DNA of 37,166 nucleotides from a bacterium (GTDB lineage Bacteria; UBP15; UBA6099; JAJRTR01): NCBI GenBank assembly GCA_024278215.1, contig JAJRTR010000036.1, positions 1 to 37,166 of the forward strand, read 5' to 3'. Shown piece by piece: positions 9,253 to 19,605 of this stretch (position 1 is its first letter; each line of letters starts with the position of its first letter). The notes under the pieces were generated by a model. It saw only the letters and a program-made list of their open reading frames with translations, ran no database searches and was not told where the DNA came from. The position numbers and the translations under genes were made by a program.

Positions 9253-10272
9253 TCACTGTTCCGCCGCCCTCATCGCCGCTATTTCATCGAGATATACGTT
9301 GGAAACATATTCCGTGTCGAAATCGGCGATCGGTCCGGCATGGTAAAGTATCGCTTTGGCCGGGTCGAAAAACCAGTCGCCCCGCACAACATCGCCGCCC
9401 GTCGCCTGGCCGTAGCCCCAGGGCGTGTTGGCGGAATCGCGGCCCCATGTGTTGCCGTCGATCTGCGCAGGCAGCGTTGCGCCGCGATAATCGAACGGGC
9501 CGTCAAAACACATCTCCTGGCCGACGCAGTCGCGGTGTGCCCAGAATGTCTCGTGTATCGGCGCGAGATCATATCCCACAAGCCTGTCGGAAACACCGGT
9601 CGGTTCCTCCGCCTCACCCTTGTACACGTATCTTATAGTATTTGTAACATGCGGATTGGCGCTGATGCTGTCGTTCATATTGCCGTAAATGCCGTGTCCG
9701 TATTGCTCGACAAAAACTTCCGGTCTGCCTTTTTTCATCGTAATGCCGCCACGCACTTTCAGCGCGCCGCCCTTTATGTATTTCTTGTTTGTGTAAAGAG
9801 CAATCTCACTGTGGAAAAGAGTTTCCATAAGTTCAAGATCACCGCGCGGCGAGCCGTCCTTGCGCACTACGAGCTGGAGAGCCTCCAAATCGTTCTCGTG
9901 ACAGCCGCTGGGACAGTTGATGTCGGGTGTGTAGTCGCGCGGATGATAAAGCGCGTAAAATAGAAACCAGTGCGTATCCGTTTCTTTGACATCGTAATAG
10001 ACAAAGGCGGGATGTGGATAATAGTTGAAGTTTTCCCAGTTGTTGGAGCCGATCCAGTCACCGTCGAAATCCATTGTTGTGATGAAATCTGCGGTGGTGG
10101 CAACCGCCTGGTTGATAACGGGCGCCCATATTTCCTGTATTCTTTCGGTGTCTGTCGCGGCGTTTGCCGCCGCCGCCGGATACGCAAAAACAGCCACCGT
10201 GACAAGGACAATAACTATCAGTGAAAATGACATAAACGTACAATATTTGACGGACTCACGGTTATTTGTCAT
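9253..10272 (-). CDS. Secreted hypothetical protein with an NPP1-like HENDLE motif
   Basis: GAGGGG RBS before ATG at 10272; signal peptide ending AAANA; YHPRDY...CHENDLE...HG motifs. Confidence 0.6.
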   Translation of the reverse strand: MTNNRESVKYCTFMSFSLIVIVLVTVAVFAYPAAAANAATDTERIQEIWAPVINQAVATTADFITTMDFDGDWIGSNNWENFNYYPHPAFVYYDVKETDTHWFLFYALYHPRDYTPDINCPSGCHENDLEALQLVVRKDGSPRGDLELMETLFHSEIALYTNKKYIKGGALKVRGGITMKKGRPEVFVEQYGHGIYGNMNDSISANPHVTNTIRYVYKGEAEEPTGVSDRLVGYDLAPIHETFWAHRDCVGQEMCFDGPFDYRGATLPAQIDGNTWGRDSANTPWGYGQATGGDVVRGDWFFDPAKAILYHAGPIADFDTEYVSNVYLDEIAAMRAAEQ

Positions 10273-10456
10273 ACTACCCCTCACATTTTTATTGTCGGCG
10301 CGCCGTTTCGCGTTGAAATCCTGACTTGAATGATTTAGTATAGACATGGATATGCCGGTCCGCCGGAACTTTTACTATTTTACAGTGGTTCTGTTCTTTG
10401 ATCAAAGATATTGCGACATTATATAACAAACAGCAGAACCGCCGAAAAGGTGCAAG

Positions 10457-11797
10457 ATGAAATTCAAAGCCTGGTTTCAATGTATCGCCGGTTGCGATGG
10501 GAAACACGACCTTGGAGAAATTATCTACAGATGTCCGAAATGCGGCGACCTGCTCGAAGTCAAGCACGACATGGAACTTCTCAAGCAACTCGACGCCGGG
10601 GAGTGGAAAAAGAAGTTCGAAGGCCGCTTCTGCCACACCGAATGGCCCTACGGCAGTGGTGTGTGGGGCAAGAAGGAAATGGTCAATCCACAGGTGGACA
10701 ACGACAATGTCGTCAGCATGTTCGAGGGCGCCAGCAACCTTTTCTGGGCCGAACGGCTCGGCAGGGAAATCGGCCTGGAAGACCTCTGGATCAAGCAATG
10801 CGGGAACGGCCACACAGGCAGCTTCAAAGACCTCGGCATGACTGTGCTCGTGTCACAGGTAAAACAGATGCGGGCCAACGGTATAAATATCCCCGCCGTC
10901 GCCTGCGCCTCGACCGGAGACACTTCGGCCGCCCTCGCCGCCTACTGTGCCGCCGCCGGCATACAGGCTATCGTCCTGCTGCCCAAGGACAAAGTGTCCA
11001 ATGCTCAACTCATCCAGCCTATCGCAAACGGCGCTCTCACTCTCGCGCTCGAAACCGACTTCGACGGCTGCATGAAAATCGTCAAGGAACTCACGGAAAA
11101 AGAAAATATATATCTCGCCAACTCGATGAATTCTCTAAGAATCGAAGGCCAGAAAACTGTAAGTATCGAACTGACACAGCAACTCGAATGGGAAGTCCCC
11201 GATTTCGTCATTATTCCCGGCGGCAATCTGGGCAACGTGTCCGCACTCGGCAAGGGCTTCCTTGAAATTCAGGAAATGGGCCTCATCGACAAACTGCCAC
11301 GCATCGTCTGCGCACAGGCCGAGCGCGCGAATCCTCTCTACCAGAGCTACCTCAAGGGATTCGAAGAATTCACGCCGATGACTGCTCAAAAAACTCTCGC
11401 AAGCGCCATTCAGATCGGAAACCCCGTCAGCATAAACAAGGCCATTCGCACACTTAAAATATTCAACGGCATCGTCGAGCAGGCAACCGAAAGCGAACTC
11501 GCGAACGCCGCCGCCCGCGCCGACCGCACCGGCCTCTTCTGCTGTCCCCACACAGGTGTCGCGCTCGCGGTACTCTTCAAACTGATAGATCGTAAGCAGA
11601 TCGATTCAAAATCGCGTGTCGTTGTTATATCCACGGCCCACGGCCTTAAATTCACCGAGTTTAAAATCAACTATCACGAATCGAAACTGGATAATGTCGA
11701 CTCGAAGTATGCAAACCTTCCCATCACACTACCACCGGATTTTCATAAGGTACGAGACGCCGTCTACCGTGCTATCGAAACCAGAGAAAACAATTAG
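10457..11797 (+). CDS. thrC: Threonine synthase
   Basis: TGSFKDLGM (PLP lysine), [32 protein letters not shown]. Confidence 0.95.
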   Translation: MKFKAWFQCIAGCDGKHDLGEIIYRCPKCGDLLEVKHDMELLKQLDAGEWKKKFEGRFCHTEWPYGSGVWGKKEMVNPQVDNDNVVSMFEGASNLFWAERLGREIGLEDLWIKQCGNGHTGSFKDLGMTVLVSQVKQMRANGINIPAVACASTGDTSAALAAYCAAAGIQAIVLLPKDKVSNAQLIQPIANGALTLALETDFDGCMKIVKELTEKENIYLANSMNSLRIEGQKTVSIELTQQLEWEVPDFVIIPGGNLGNVSALGKGFLEIQEMGLIDKLPRIVCAQAERANPLYQSYLKGFEEFTPMTAQKTLASAIQIGNPVSINKAIRTLKIFNGIVEQATESELANAAARADRTGLFCCPHTGVALAVLFKLIDRKQIDSKSRVVVISTAHGLKFTEFKINYHESKLDNVDSKYANLPITLPPDFHKVRDAVYRAIETRENN

Positions 11798-12040
11798 GTT
11801 GTGGCTGTACGAAGACCTGGTTTTTCATGCACAGCTGTGCAGAGCATTTCTTCCCGGAGCGAAGTCGAATGGTAAATGCCGTAGATGTCCTCCAACTTAG
11901 CACGGGAAGCATCTTCTGATTAGTCTTGTGTCCCGCCTTCATACTCTGAAATTCAGACAAAAAAATTCAAAAGCGCACAAGTTTGGATATAATATGCGCT
12001 TATAACGGCATGCCCGGAAAAGCCGGGGGAGGTTCCGAGG

Positions 12041-12544
12041 TTGTTTCATAGACTTATCAGGTTCACAGACAAAGCAATTCACTATTTTGAAGTGAGCTTC
12101 CTGACGATTGCGCTTACGGCAATGACAGGCTCATTGTTTTTGCAGGTGATATGCGGATTTTTCGAGAAGTCTGTCCCCTGGGCCGGCGAAGTGGCGAGAT
12201 ACCTCATGATCTGGGTAACATGTGTTGGAGCGAGCGCGGCGACAAGGAACCGCGGGCATATCGCTATAGAAGCGCTGGTCAATAAACTTCGAGGGAAACC
12301 ACGCCGCGCCGTCGAAATATTTGTTGTTGCATTATGTGTTGTCGTGTGCGCGGTTTCATTCGTTTTCGGCGCTCAATATGCGCTCGACGCCCGCGAGATC
12401 GGTCGCACGACACTTGTTCTGAAACTTCCGCTCTGGATGATTTTCTCCGCACTTCCCATATCGGCCGCATTTATCGGACTGCGTTTTGTGCTGACTCTTG
12501 TTCTTCCGCCTGAAGATCCTGCGAAAGAAAGCAGGGCAGACTGA
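12041..12544 (+). CDS. TRAP transporter small permease (DctQ family)
   Basis: 4 TM segments; W..E.ARYLMIW..G......HI motif; coupled to the large permease. Confidence 0.9.
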   Translation: MFHRLIRFTDKAIHYFEVSFLTIALTAMTGSLFLQVICGFFEKSVPWAGEVARYLMIWVTCVGASAATRNRGHIAIEALVNKLRGKPRRAVEIFVVALCVVVCAVSFVFGAQYALDAREIGRTTLVLKLPLWMIFSALPISAAFIGLRFVLTLVLPPEDPAKESRAD

Positions 12545-13818
12545 TGATTTCCGCGTCCATTATCGCAGTTTTTATCATATTGCTGCTGCTCGGCGTACCC
12601 CTCTTTATCGTCATCGGGTCTGTGACTGCGCTGTGCATGGTGTTAGTGGGCGACTATCCGCTGATGATAATGTTCCAGCAGATGTTCTCGATGACCGACA
12701 GCACGGCGCTGCTTGCGATTCCGCTGTTTATCGTCGCTTCCACATTTATGACGCGCGGCAAAAGCGCGGGCCGGCTCGTCGAGTTCGTGCGTGCGCTTGT
12801 CGGCTGGCTGCCCGGCGGCATGGCGCTGTCGACAATCTTCGGGTGCCTCATCTTCGCGGCGCTGGCGGGCCTTTCGCCCGCCGCGATAATCGCCGTCGGC
12901 TCGATGATGCTGCCCGGTTTGACAAAAGCCGGCTATTCCGAGCGTTTCTCTCTCGGGCTCGTCACATCTTCGGGCTCGATCGGTATTCTCGTGCCGCCGA
13001 GTATAGTCGTCCTTATTTTCGGCATTGTCGGCGAACTCAACATCGAAGCTCTTTTTATCGCGGGTGTTGTTCCGATAATAATAATCGTGACGCTTTTCAT
13101 GGCATATTCACTCGCCGTCGGCAAGGCAGTCGAGCGCGAACATTTTGATCTCGGCAGGGTATTCAGCAGCATAAAAAACGGATTCTGGGCGATCCTGCTG
13201 CCTGTTATTGTGGGCTGGGGAATATTTTCAGGTGTTATGACAGTCGTGCAGGCGGGCGCCATCGCTGCAGTTTACGCTTTCGTTGTCGAATTCGCTTTCT
13301 ACAGGTCCGTGCGTCTCAAAGACATCCCCGAACTCATGCGCGAAGCCGGCTCGATGATCGGTATGTTGCTTATTATTATCTCCGTCACTTACGGTTTCAA
13401 CTGGTTTCTTACCGTCCAGGGAATACCGATGACGCTCACTGACTGGCTGCTCGAACACTTCAAATCTCCGATACTGTTCCTGCTGTCGGTCAACATTCTG
13501 TTGCTGTTTCTAGGATGTCTGATGGATATTCTTTCGGCGGTTTTCATCACAGTTCCGCTGCTGCTGCCTGCCGCCGTCGCCATGGGAGTCAATCCGATAC
13601 ACTTCGGCATAATATTTATAATCAACTTCGAGATCGGCTACCTGACACCACCTGTTGGGATCAATCTTTTCACTTCCGGCGCAGTCTTCAAAAAACCGGT
13701 CGAGACAGTCGCGCGCTCCGTGCTGCCCTTCCTGCTGCTCCTGCTCTGCACTCTCGCGCTCGTTACATACGTCCCCTCCGTCACCCTGTGGCTCGTCCGC
13801 CTTTCGGGGAATATGTGA
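12544..13818 (+). CDS. TRAP transporter large permease (DctM family)
   Basis: LLAIPLF, GILVPPS, HFGII...EIGYLTPPVGINLF motifs; highly hydrophobic. Confidence 0.93.
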   Translation: MISASIIAVFIILLLLGVPLFIVIGSVTALCMVLVGDYPLMIMFQQMFSMTDSTALLAIPLFIVASTFMTRGKSAGRLVEFVRALVGWLPGGMALSTIFGCLIFAALAGLSPAAIIAVGSMMLPGLTKAGYSERFSLGLVTSSGSIGILVPPSIVVLIFGIVGELNIEALFIAGVVPIIIIVTLFMAYSLAVGKAVEREHFDLGRVFSSIKNGFWAILLPVIVGWGIFSGVMTVVQAGAIAAVYAFVVEFAFYRSVRLKDIPELMREAGSMIGMLLIIISVTYGFNWFLTVQGIPMTLTDWLLEHFKSPILFLLSVNILLLFLGCLMDILSAVFITVPLLLPAAVAMGVNPIHFGIIFIINFEIGYLTPPVGINLFTSGAVFKKPVETVARSVLPFLLLLLCTLALVTYVPSVTLWLVRLSGNM

Positions 13819-13977
13819 TATTCCGGAAAATAATTGCCCGGACAATACAGATAAGTTTTTATCCCGTATTCATTTCGGTATTCCATTTGAAAACGACCGG
13901 CGGCATCTTGTTATCATCGCCCAGCACTGGTAAAATACGTCAAAACATAATTCAAATATCCTGCCGATGGAGGGCTC

Positions 13978-14517
13978 ATGCAACGCTACAAGATCACTCA
14001 CTATTATGATTACGGACTTGATACTGTATGCGATATATTGATGGACAGCAAAACGCCGCTCTATGAACTGGTGGACCTGCCCAATGTTTCCGCAACAAAA
14101 CCTATCAGCGAAAAAGATACGGGCGATAAGAAATACATAAAAAACGAGTGGTGCGTTCATGGACAGATACCCAAAATCGCTCAAAAGCTTATCAAGCCCG
14201 AGATGCTCACCTTCATCGAGGACTCGGTCTGGGACCGGAAGAAAAAAACATATACCGCGAAGATTATCCCCCATTTTTTCAAGAAACAGCTCAACGCCCG
14301 CCACAAGGTCGTGTTCTCCGACAACGGCGACGGTCGCACGAAACGAGACCTCGTGGGCTTCATCGAAGTAAAATTACCGATCATCGGCAGAGTGTTCGAG
14401 CTCGCCGTGATCCAGCATCTTAAGGATAATGCCGAAGCCGACTTCAAGATAAGCAAAGAGGCACTCACCCAATACATCGAGAAATACGGCGATCCACATG
14501 CGGACAAGGCGGATTGA
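13978..14517 (+). CDS. DUF2505/START-like (SRPBCC fold) protein
   Basis: Size and pattern IP....IKP..L.F.E.S.WD...G.T.R...G.IEVKLP.IG...E resemble DUF2505. Confidence 0.55.
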   Translation: MQRYKITHYYDYGLDTVCDILMDSKTPLYELVDLPNVSATKPISEKDTGDKKYIKNEWCVHGQIPKIAQKLIKPEMLTFIEDSVWDRKKKTYTAKIIPHFFKKQLNARHKVVFSDNGDGRTKRDLVGFIEVKLPIIGRVFELAVIQHLKDNAEADFKISKEALTQYIEKYGDPHADKAD

Positions 14518-14660
14518 ACAACCCCGGAGTAAACTCCGCATTGCCCGATGTCGTCAGCTCTTTGGCTCTCAGGTGAAACTATTTCTTTTCAGGTGTTGTG
14601 ATTTCTAAAAGCAGACTCATAGAATAATGTGTCGGAAAAACAAGTGGAGGAACCTGTTGA

Positions 14661-15884
14661 ATGAGACATTACAGACTTAGCGCGATATTGCTGATTTTAT
14701 TATTGTTGTCTTCCGGATTTGCGGTCGGCGCGACGCAGGAAATCAAAGAGATAAAAGCGCCCACTTTTTCGCAACCGTTTTTTGTAAAGAGCGGTGGCGA
14801 TGTGGAGATCAATATTGATGTTGCCGAAAAGGGACTTTTAAAAGAGATAACGCTTTCCAACTCGAACACCCACCGGCAGGCAGCGCCGATCATAGTGGAT
14901 CTGCCTCTTTCGGAAGGTGCGAATAAAAACACTTTTTCCGTTCCGTCCGACATCGAGCCCGGGCTCTACGACATGTGTGTTTCCATACAGACCACAACAG
15001 CGATACAGGACTGCCAGAGGCATTCCGTTGCAGTTGTCGATTCGTTCGATCCGCCGTTCAAGTTCGTTCAGATCACGGACTATCATGTCGGCGACCCGCG
15101 CGCTGAAAAACAGTTTCCGGGAGTCGATATACAGAAAGTCCGGCGCGCCGCTTTAGAAAAAGCAAACGAGCTTAAACCGGATTTTGTCATCATGACCGGC
15201 GACATCACCGCCTACCCGAGGACTTATGATGTCGATTATCCGGCCGCCGTCGACGAGATTCTGGACAACATCAAAGAGCCGGTACTGATAATCCCCGGGA
15301 ACCACGATCGTTACACATACATGGCTGACGATTACGATGGAATAATAGAAGGAGATGACTACTGGGCGAGATACTTCGGGGCGAAACATCGAGTGCTGGA
15401 CTATGGGCGGGTCAGGTTCGTCATGTTCAACAGCTATGACTGGGACCAGGTGACGCGAAACAGGAACAGGCCGTGGCACCTCAACAGGCCGTCGTCTCAC
15501 ACATACCAGGGCACGCTGTCGAAAAGCGAATACGCATGGGTGAAAAAAGCGCTGAAAACCGGCGACGGCAGAATGCCGGTGCTTGTCGCGCATCACGACC
15601 CGCGCTCGTTCGAGGTGATGCCGCAACAGTGGTGCAAAGATTGTATTTCCCGGACAAAATTCCTATCTTTAATCAGGAAAGCGAAGGTCCCGTATTATTT
15701 ATTCGGACACATACACAGAAACGAAGAATACACCGTTGGAAAAACCCACTATATAGCGACAACATCCTCCGGGAGCGATGTCGATGCGGAAGATTTGTGG
15801 TGCATAAGGGAGTTCACCGTCGGCAAAGACCTTAAGATCGAATCGCGCTTAATCAAACTATTCGACAGCCCGCCCATGAAATGA
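14661..15884 (+). CDS. Secreted calcineurin-like metallophosphoesterase
   Basis: Signal peptide; TDYH, TGD, PGNHD, HH, GHIH motifs. Confidence 0.9.
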   Translation: MRHYRLSAILLILLLLSSGFAVGATQEIKEIKAPTFSQPFFVKSGGDVEINIDVAEKGLLKEITLSNSNTHRQAAPIIVDLPLSEGANKNTFSVPSDIEPGLYDMCVSIQTTTAIQDCQRHSVAVVDSFDPPFKFVQITDYHVGDPRAEKQFPGVDIQKVRRAALEKANELKPDFVIMTGDITAYPRTYDVDYPAAVDEILDNIKEPVLIIPGNHDRYTYMADDYDGIIEGDDYWARYFGAKHRVLDYGRVRFVMFNSYDWDQVTRNRNRPWHLNRPSSHTYQGTLSKSEYAWVKKALKTGDGRMPVLVAHHDPRSFEVMPQQWCKDCISRTKFLSLIRKAKVPYYLFGHIHRNEEYTVGKTHYIATTSSGSDVDAEDLWCIREFTVGKDLKIESRLIKLFDSPPMK

Positions 15885-15953
15885 ATGAATCGAAACACGA
15901 GGGAGTCACAGAGTTGTCCTGTGGACACGCGGAGAACACAAAAGGTATAATTC

Positions 15954-16421
15954 GTGAAGATGGAAAACCGCCTGTCCCAGATAATAAAATCATTGCCGCC
16001 ATGGTCAAAACCGGTAGCGGTCCCGGTCTGTGTTCTTATCATTATCATTCTTATAGTCTGGATGCGAAGACCCACGCCTGAACCCGGCGAGATCGTGAAA
16101 CAATATGTAAATGATATATCGGCCGGCAGATGCTCCGCCGCTTATGATCTGGTGTCCGATTACGCGCGGACATATTTCCTTGAATACGGCACATATAAAG
16201 ATTTCAAAAAGAATGTGTGCGACAGGTCTATCAACAAATATGAGGTGCTGCGCGTTTATCGGATTGACGATACGGTGGAAGGTGTCAATGAAGCGGTTGT
16301 TTATATCAGGTTGAGGTACCGCGCTTCATGGATGACAACGGAACAGGACAGGCCGATGAAGTTTAATCTCAGCCGCAAAGGTAAACGCTGGAGCCTTGAC
16401 GGCCCGTTTCTCGAATTATAA
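15954..16421 (+). CDS. Membrane-anchored hypothetical protein (NTF2-like/DUF4878-like)
   Basis: Single N-terminal TM helix; P...VKQY...I..G....AY.L.S pattern; C-terminal L.R....W. Confidence 0.6.
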   Translation: MKMENRLSQIIKSLPPWSKPVAVPVCVLIIIILIVWMRRPTPEPGEIVKQYVNDISAGRCSAAYDLVSDYARTYFLEYGTYKDFKKNVCDRSINKYEVLRVYRIDDTVEGVNEAVVYIRLRYRASWMTTEQDRPMKFNLSRKGKRWSLDGPFLEL

Positions 16422-16443
16422 AGACTGTACTAATGGAGAAAAC

Positions 16444-17871
16444 ATGAAGAGAACGACAATAATCGCGACACTCGGTCCGGCATCGGCGAACAGGAAGATT
16501 ATCGAACAACTCGCGCGTGCGGGAACAAATGTTTTCAGGTTAAACTTTTCTCACGGCGCATACAGGGACCATGCCGCGAGCATCAGGATGATCCGGACAG
16601 TATCGAAAGCGCTCGGAACGCATATAGCGATTCTCCAGGACTTGCAGGGGCCGAAGATACGTGTCGGCACGATGCCGGAAAAAGGTATCCTGCTGAAGAA
16701 TAAGCAGGGGATAAGAATTGTCACAAAAGATGTCGTGGGCAGCAGCGATACGATTCCGACACAGTATAAGCACCTTCCGAAGGATGTGAAAAAGGGAGAC
16801 AGGATACTGCTCAATGACGGCTATCTGGAACTGAAAGCGCTTGGAACAGGCCGTGGATATGTGGATTGCAAAGTGGTCAGGGGCGGTATGCTGACATCAC
16901 ACAAGGGTATAAATCTTCCCGGTGTGAACGTGAGCGCGCCGTCGTTGACAAAAAAGGACATCGCCGACCTGGAGTTCGGAATAGGTCAGGGTGTGGATTA
17001 TGTAGCTATGTCGTTCGTGCGAGATGAAAAAGATATAAAAAAATTACGAAGGAACGTGCTACGGCTGGGTGCGGATGTGCCGCTGATTGCAAAGATCGAA
17101 AGGCCCGAGGCAATCGAAAAACTCGAACAGATTATTGATGAAGCAGACGGCGTGATGGTGGCAAGAGGCGACCTCGGGGTCGAGATGCCGCCTGAGAAAG
17201 TGCCGCAATTGCAGAAGCGTATCATCGAGCAGGCGAATATGCGCGGCAAAATGGTGATAACGGCGACGCAGATGCTCGAGTCGATGATCACAAACGCGCG
17301 CCCGACACGCGCCGAGGCGTCGGATGTCGCCAATGCCGTCTACGACATGACCGGAGCGATCATGCTTTCCGGTGAAACCGCTGTCGGCAACTATCCGGTC
17401 GAGACAGTGAAGTTTGCAGCGAAAATAGTCGAAGCTGCCGAAGAAGGCCTTATCGACCAGCCGGTGATGGAGCCTTCTGAATTCCTTCTGACAGCTGCCG
17501 GTTTCAGCGGCGCCGTCGCCTACGCCGCTGTGCGCACAGCGAAAGAACTCGGCGCAAGGGCGATCCTGACTTTCACACAGTCCGGCACCACGGCGCGCCT
17601 GGTCTCAAAATACCGGCCTTCATGCAATATCATCGGCGCGACGATGAGCGAAGATGTCGCAAGAAAGATGAGTATGTACTGGGGTGTCGACCCCATTCTT
17701 TTCAATAAAATTACAAGTACGGATTCTCTTGTCAGGGATGTGGATAAAATACTGCTTGGAAGCCACTTCATTAAAAAGGGCGATATTATTGTAATTACAT
17801 CCGGTGTGCCTGTCGGCAGAAAGGGCACGACAAACCTGATAAAGATTCATCGCATCGGCGATGTTGATTAG
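16444..17871 (+). CDS. pyk: Pyruvate kinase
   Basis: ATLGPAS, RLNFSHG, DLQGPKIR, IAKIE, MVARGDLG, ATQMLESM, PTRAE, MLSGETA. Confidence 0.98.
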   Translation: MKRTTIIATLGPASANRKIIEQLARAGTNVFRLNFSHGAYRDHAASIRMIRTVSKALGTHIAILQDLQGPKIRVGTMPEKGILLKNKQGIRIVTKDVVGSSDTIPTQYKHLPKDVKKGDRILLNDGYLELKALGTGRGYVDCKVVRGGMLTSHKGINLPGVNVSAPSLTKKDIADLEFGIGQGVDYVAMSFVRDEKDIKKLRRNVLRLGADVPLIAKIERPEAIEKLEQIIDEADGVMVARGDLGVEMPPEKVPQLQKRIIEQANMRGKMVITATQMLESMITNARPTRAEASDVANAVYDMTGAIMLSGETAVGNYPVETVKFAAKIVEAAEEGLIDQPVMEPSEFLLTAAGFSGAVAYAAVRTAKELGARAILTFTQSGTTARLVSKYRPSCNIIGATMSEDVARKMSMYWGVDPILFNKITSTDSLVRDVDKILLGSHFIKKGDIIVITSGVPVGRKGTTNLIKIHRIGDVD

Positions 17872-18008
17872 GCCCAATACCGGTCACTTAAGATCACAAG
17901 GCGCGGCAAGTGATTGTCGCGAAAAATCCGGCGCCGCCGCAACAGAGAGGCATTCGGAGTTCGGAGCGGGGACACCGTACCCCAATACAGATAACTGGAG
18001 CTATTTAT

Positions 18009-18323
18009 ATGAGTAAAAAAGACGTGGAATATGACGAACCGGAAACGATAATTTCCGACGAGGTTAAACTTGGTGAATATGCAAACTTCGTAAAGATACA
18101 ACATTCAGGCATCGATTTCCGGTTCGACTTCGCGAAGGTGCTGCCCGAAGAAAACGCGGTATATATAAACACACGGATGTTCATGAGCCCTGTTCATGCA
18201 AAATTGTTCTACAAAGCGCTGGAGGAGAATATACAAAAATACGAAAAGAATTTTGGCCCGATAAATATTGGAGGCACACATGGGATACCTATTCCGGGAG
18301 TTCCATCCCGGGAAAAGCACTGA
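18009..18323 (+). CDS. DUF3467 family protein
   Basis: G.YANF..I.HS..DF.FDF...P...MSP.HAK....L.ENI.KYE..FG.I; GGAG RBS. Confidence 0.85.
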   Translation: MSKKDVEYDEPETIISDEVKLGEYANFVKIQHSGIDFRFDFAKVLPEENAVYINTRMFMSPVHAKLFYKALEENIQKYEKNFGPINIGGTHGIPIPGVPSREKH

Positions 18324-18412
18324 ACAGGGATTCTGTTTCCGGGGCTGGTCGCTCCAGGCAATATTTGGTTGATGTAATCAATAAATGCCGGTAAAATTAT
18401 CTTTGTCGGGAC

Positions 18413-18613
18413 GTGATGGATATGGCGAAGAATGCCGGAAAAAAATATATCGGCGTTCACTTTGAATGTTGCGGTGTGTACACAAGAATATACTATGACA
18501 GTAAGCAGAATGCGTATGTGGGCAATTGTCCGCTGTGCCGGCGGCCCGTAAGGGTGCTCGTAGACCCGTCGACCGGTATCGAGGCCCGTTTTTTCAAAGC
18601 TAAGAAGAATTAA
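18413..18613 (+). CDS. Small Cys-rich (putative Zn-ribbon) protein
   Basis: IGVHFECCGVYTRIY...YVGNCPLC...RFF; follows the DUF3467 gene on the same strand. Confidence 0.7.
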   Translation: MMDMAKNAGKKYIGVHFECCGVYTRIYYDSKQNAYVGNCPLCRRPVRVLVDPSTGIEARFFKAKKN

Positions 18614-18623
18614 TTACCCGGAT

Positions 18624-18801
18624 GAGCCAATTGCAAAATTATGATTCTGCTGCGGTCGGCTGCAATTGTCCATAGCTGCGTTGTCGGCATAAAATCGTCC
18701 TCGACATACTCTACAAGTATGCCTGCGAGGATTTTACACCTCCGTCTTGCTCTGAACAATTTCGCTCGACCTCGCTACGAACATAATTTTGCGATTGGCT
18801 C
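18624..18801. mobile_element. MITE, 178 bp, 20-bp TIRs, 4-bp TSD (copy 1)
   Basis: GAGCCAATTGCAAAATTATG / CATAATTTTGCGATTGGCTC (19/20 match); GGAT flanks both ends; second copy at 37027. Confidence 0.9.
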
Positions 18802-18945
18802 GGATTAATACGATTTGATATTGTACCGATTGCATCCCGATGAGTATTCTTTCATGGGAGTGCCTAGATGTGAGATACCCGGTGGCAAACAATTCGCAGC
18901 CCACCGGGAACTTTTATATGTCATTCCTGTCTGAATAAGCAGGAT

Positions 18946-19599
18946 ATGAGACAGTTAGAGGAAAAAATGCAGCGACAACAGGATACCGGAGATTATGCCG
19001 GCGAACCTGACGATTCCAGATTGATCGAAAGGACATGCAACGGCGACTTGGCTGCATTTGACACTCTCGTCGAGAGATATCAGGACCGCGTATATGGTTA
19101 CACATGCCGGATGCTGGGCGACCCTGAGACGGCACGAGAGGTGACACAGGATATATTCCTGCGCGTCTATCGCTACCTGGACCGTTTCAGGGGCGACTCG
19201 AAATTCAGCACATGGCTTTACACAATTGTCTCGTCCACCTGCAAGAACGCGCTCTCATACTACGGGCTTCGCGCGAAACACAGAGCGGACGACAGACCCG
19301 CAAACGATATCGATGGAGAGAGGACCTCTTTGCTGGACAGAATACCCGACAAGACGCTGTCGCCGGATGTCGTCGCCGGACGCAGTGACATACAGGCAAT
19401 GGTAAGAGAGGCAATATCGAAACTGCCGGAACACTACAGGCAGGTGATAATACTCAAAGATATAAACGGGTTTTCCTATGACGAAATATCCAGGATCGTC
19501 GATTGCAAGGTAGGCACAGTGAAATCACGACTTGCACGCGCCCGGCTTATCGCACGGGAAGAACTCACGAAAGCGGGTCTGGCGGGCCCGGAAGGATGA
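18946..19599 (+). CDS. ECF sigma-70 factor (RpoE/SigW-like)
   Basis: Region 2 AF..LV.RYQ...QDIFL...F.TWLY.I; region 4 L.DING.SY.EI......GTVKSRL.RAR. Confidence 0.95.
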   Translation: MRQLEEKMQRQQDTGDYAGEPDDSRLIERTCNGDLAAFDTLVERYQDRVYGYTCRMLGDPETAREVTQDIFLRVYRYLDRFRGDSKFSTWLYTIVSSTCKNALSYYGLRAKHRADDRPANDIDGERTSLLDRIPDKTLSPDVVAGRSDIQAMVREAISKLPEHYRQVIILKDINGFSYDEISRIVDCKVGTVKSRLARARLIAREELTKAGLAGPEG

Positions 19600-19605
19600 A
19601 GAAAT

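Noticed and set aside
11798..11960. Small ORFs between thrC and dctQ
   Set aside because: No RBS or motif support on either strand.
14520..14660. CTCTCAGGTG / TTTTCAGGTG resembling glycine riboswitch 3' ends
   Set aside because: The 5' conserved motifs are missing and the downstream gene is unrelated.
18819..18828. TATTGTACCG shared downstream of right TIRs (also 36960-36969)
   Set aside because: Only 10 bp, at different distances and outside the TSD; probably chance or a -10-like motif.
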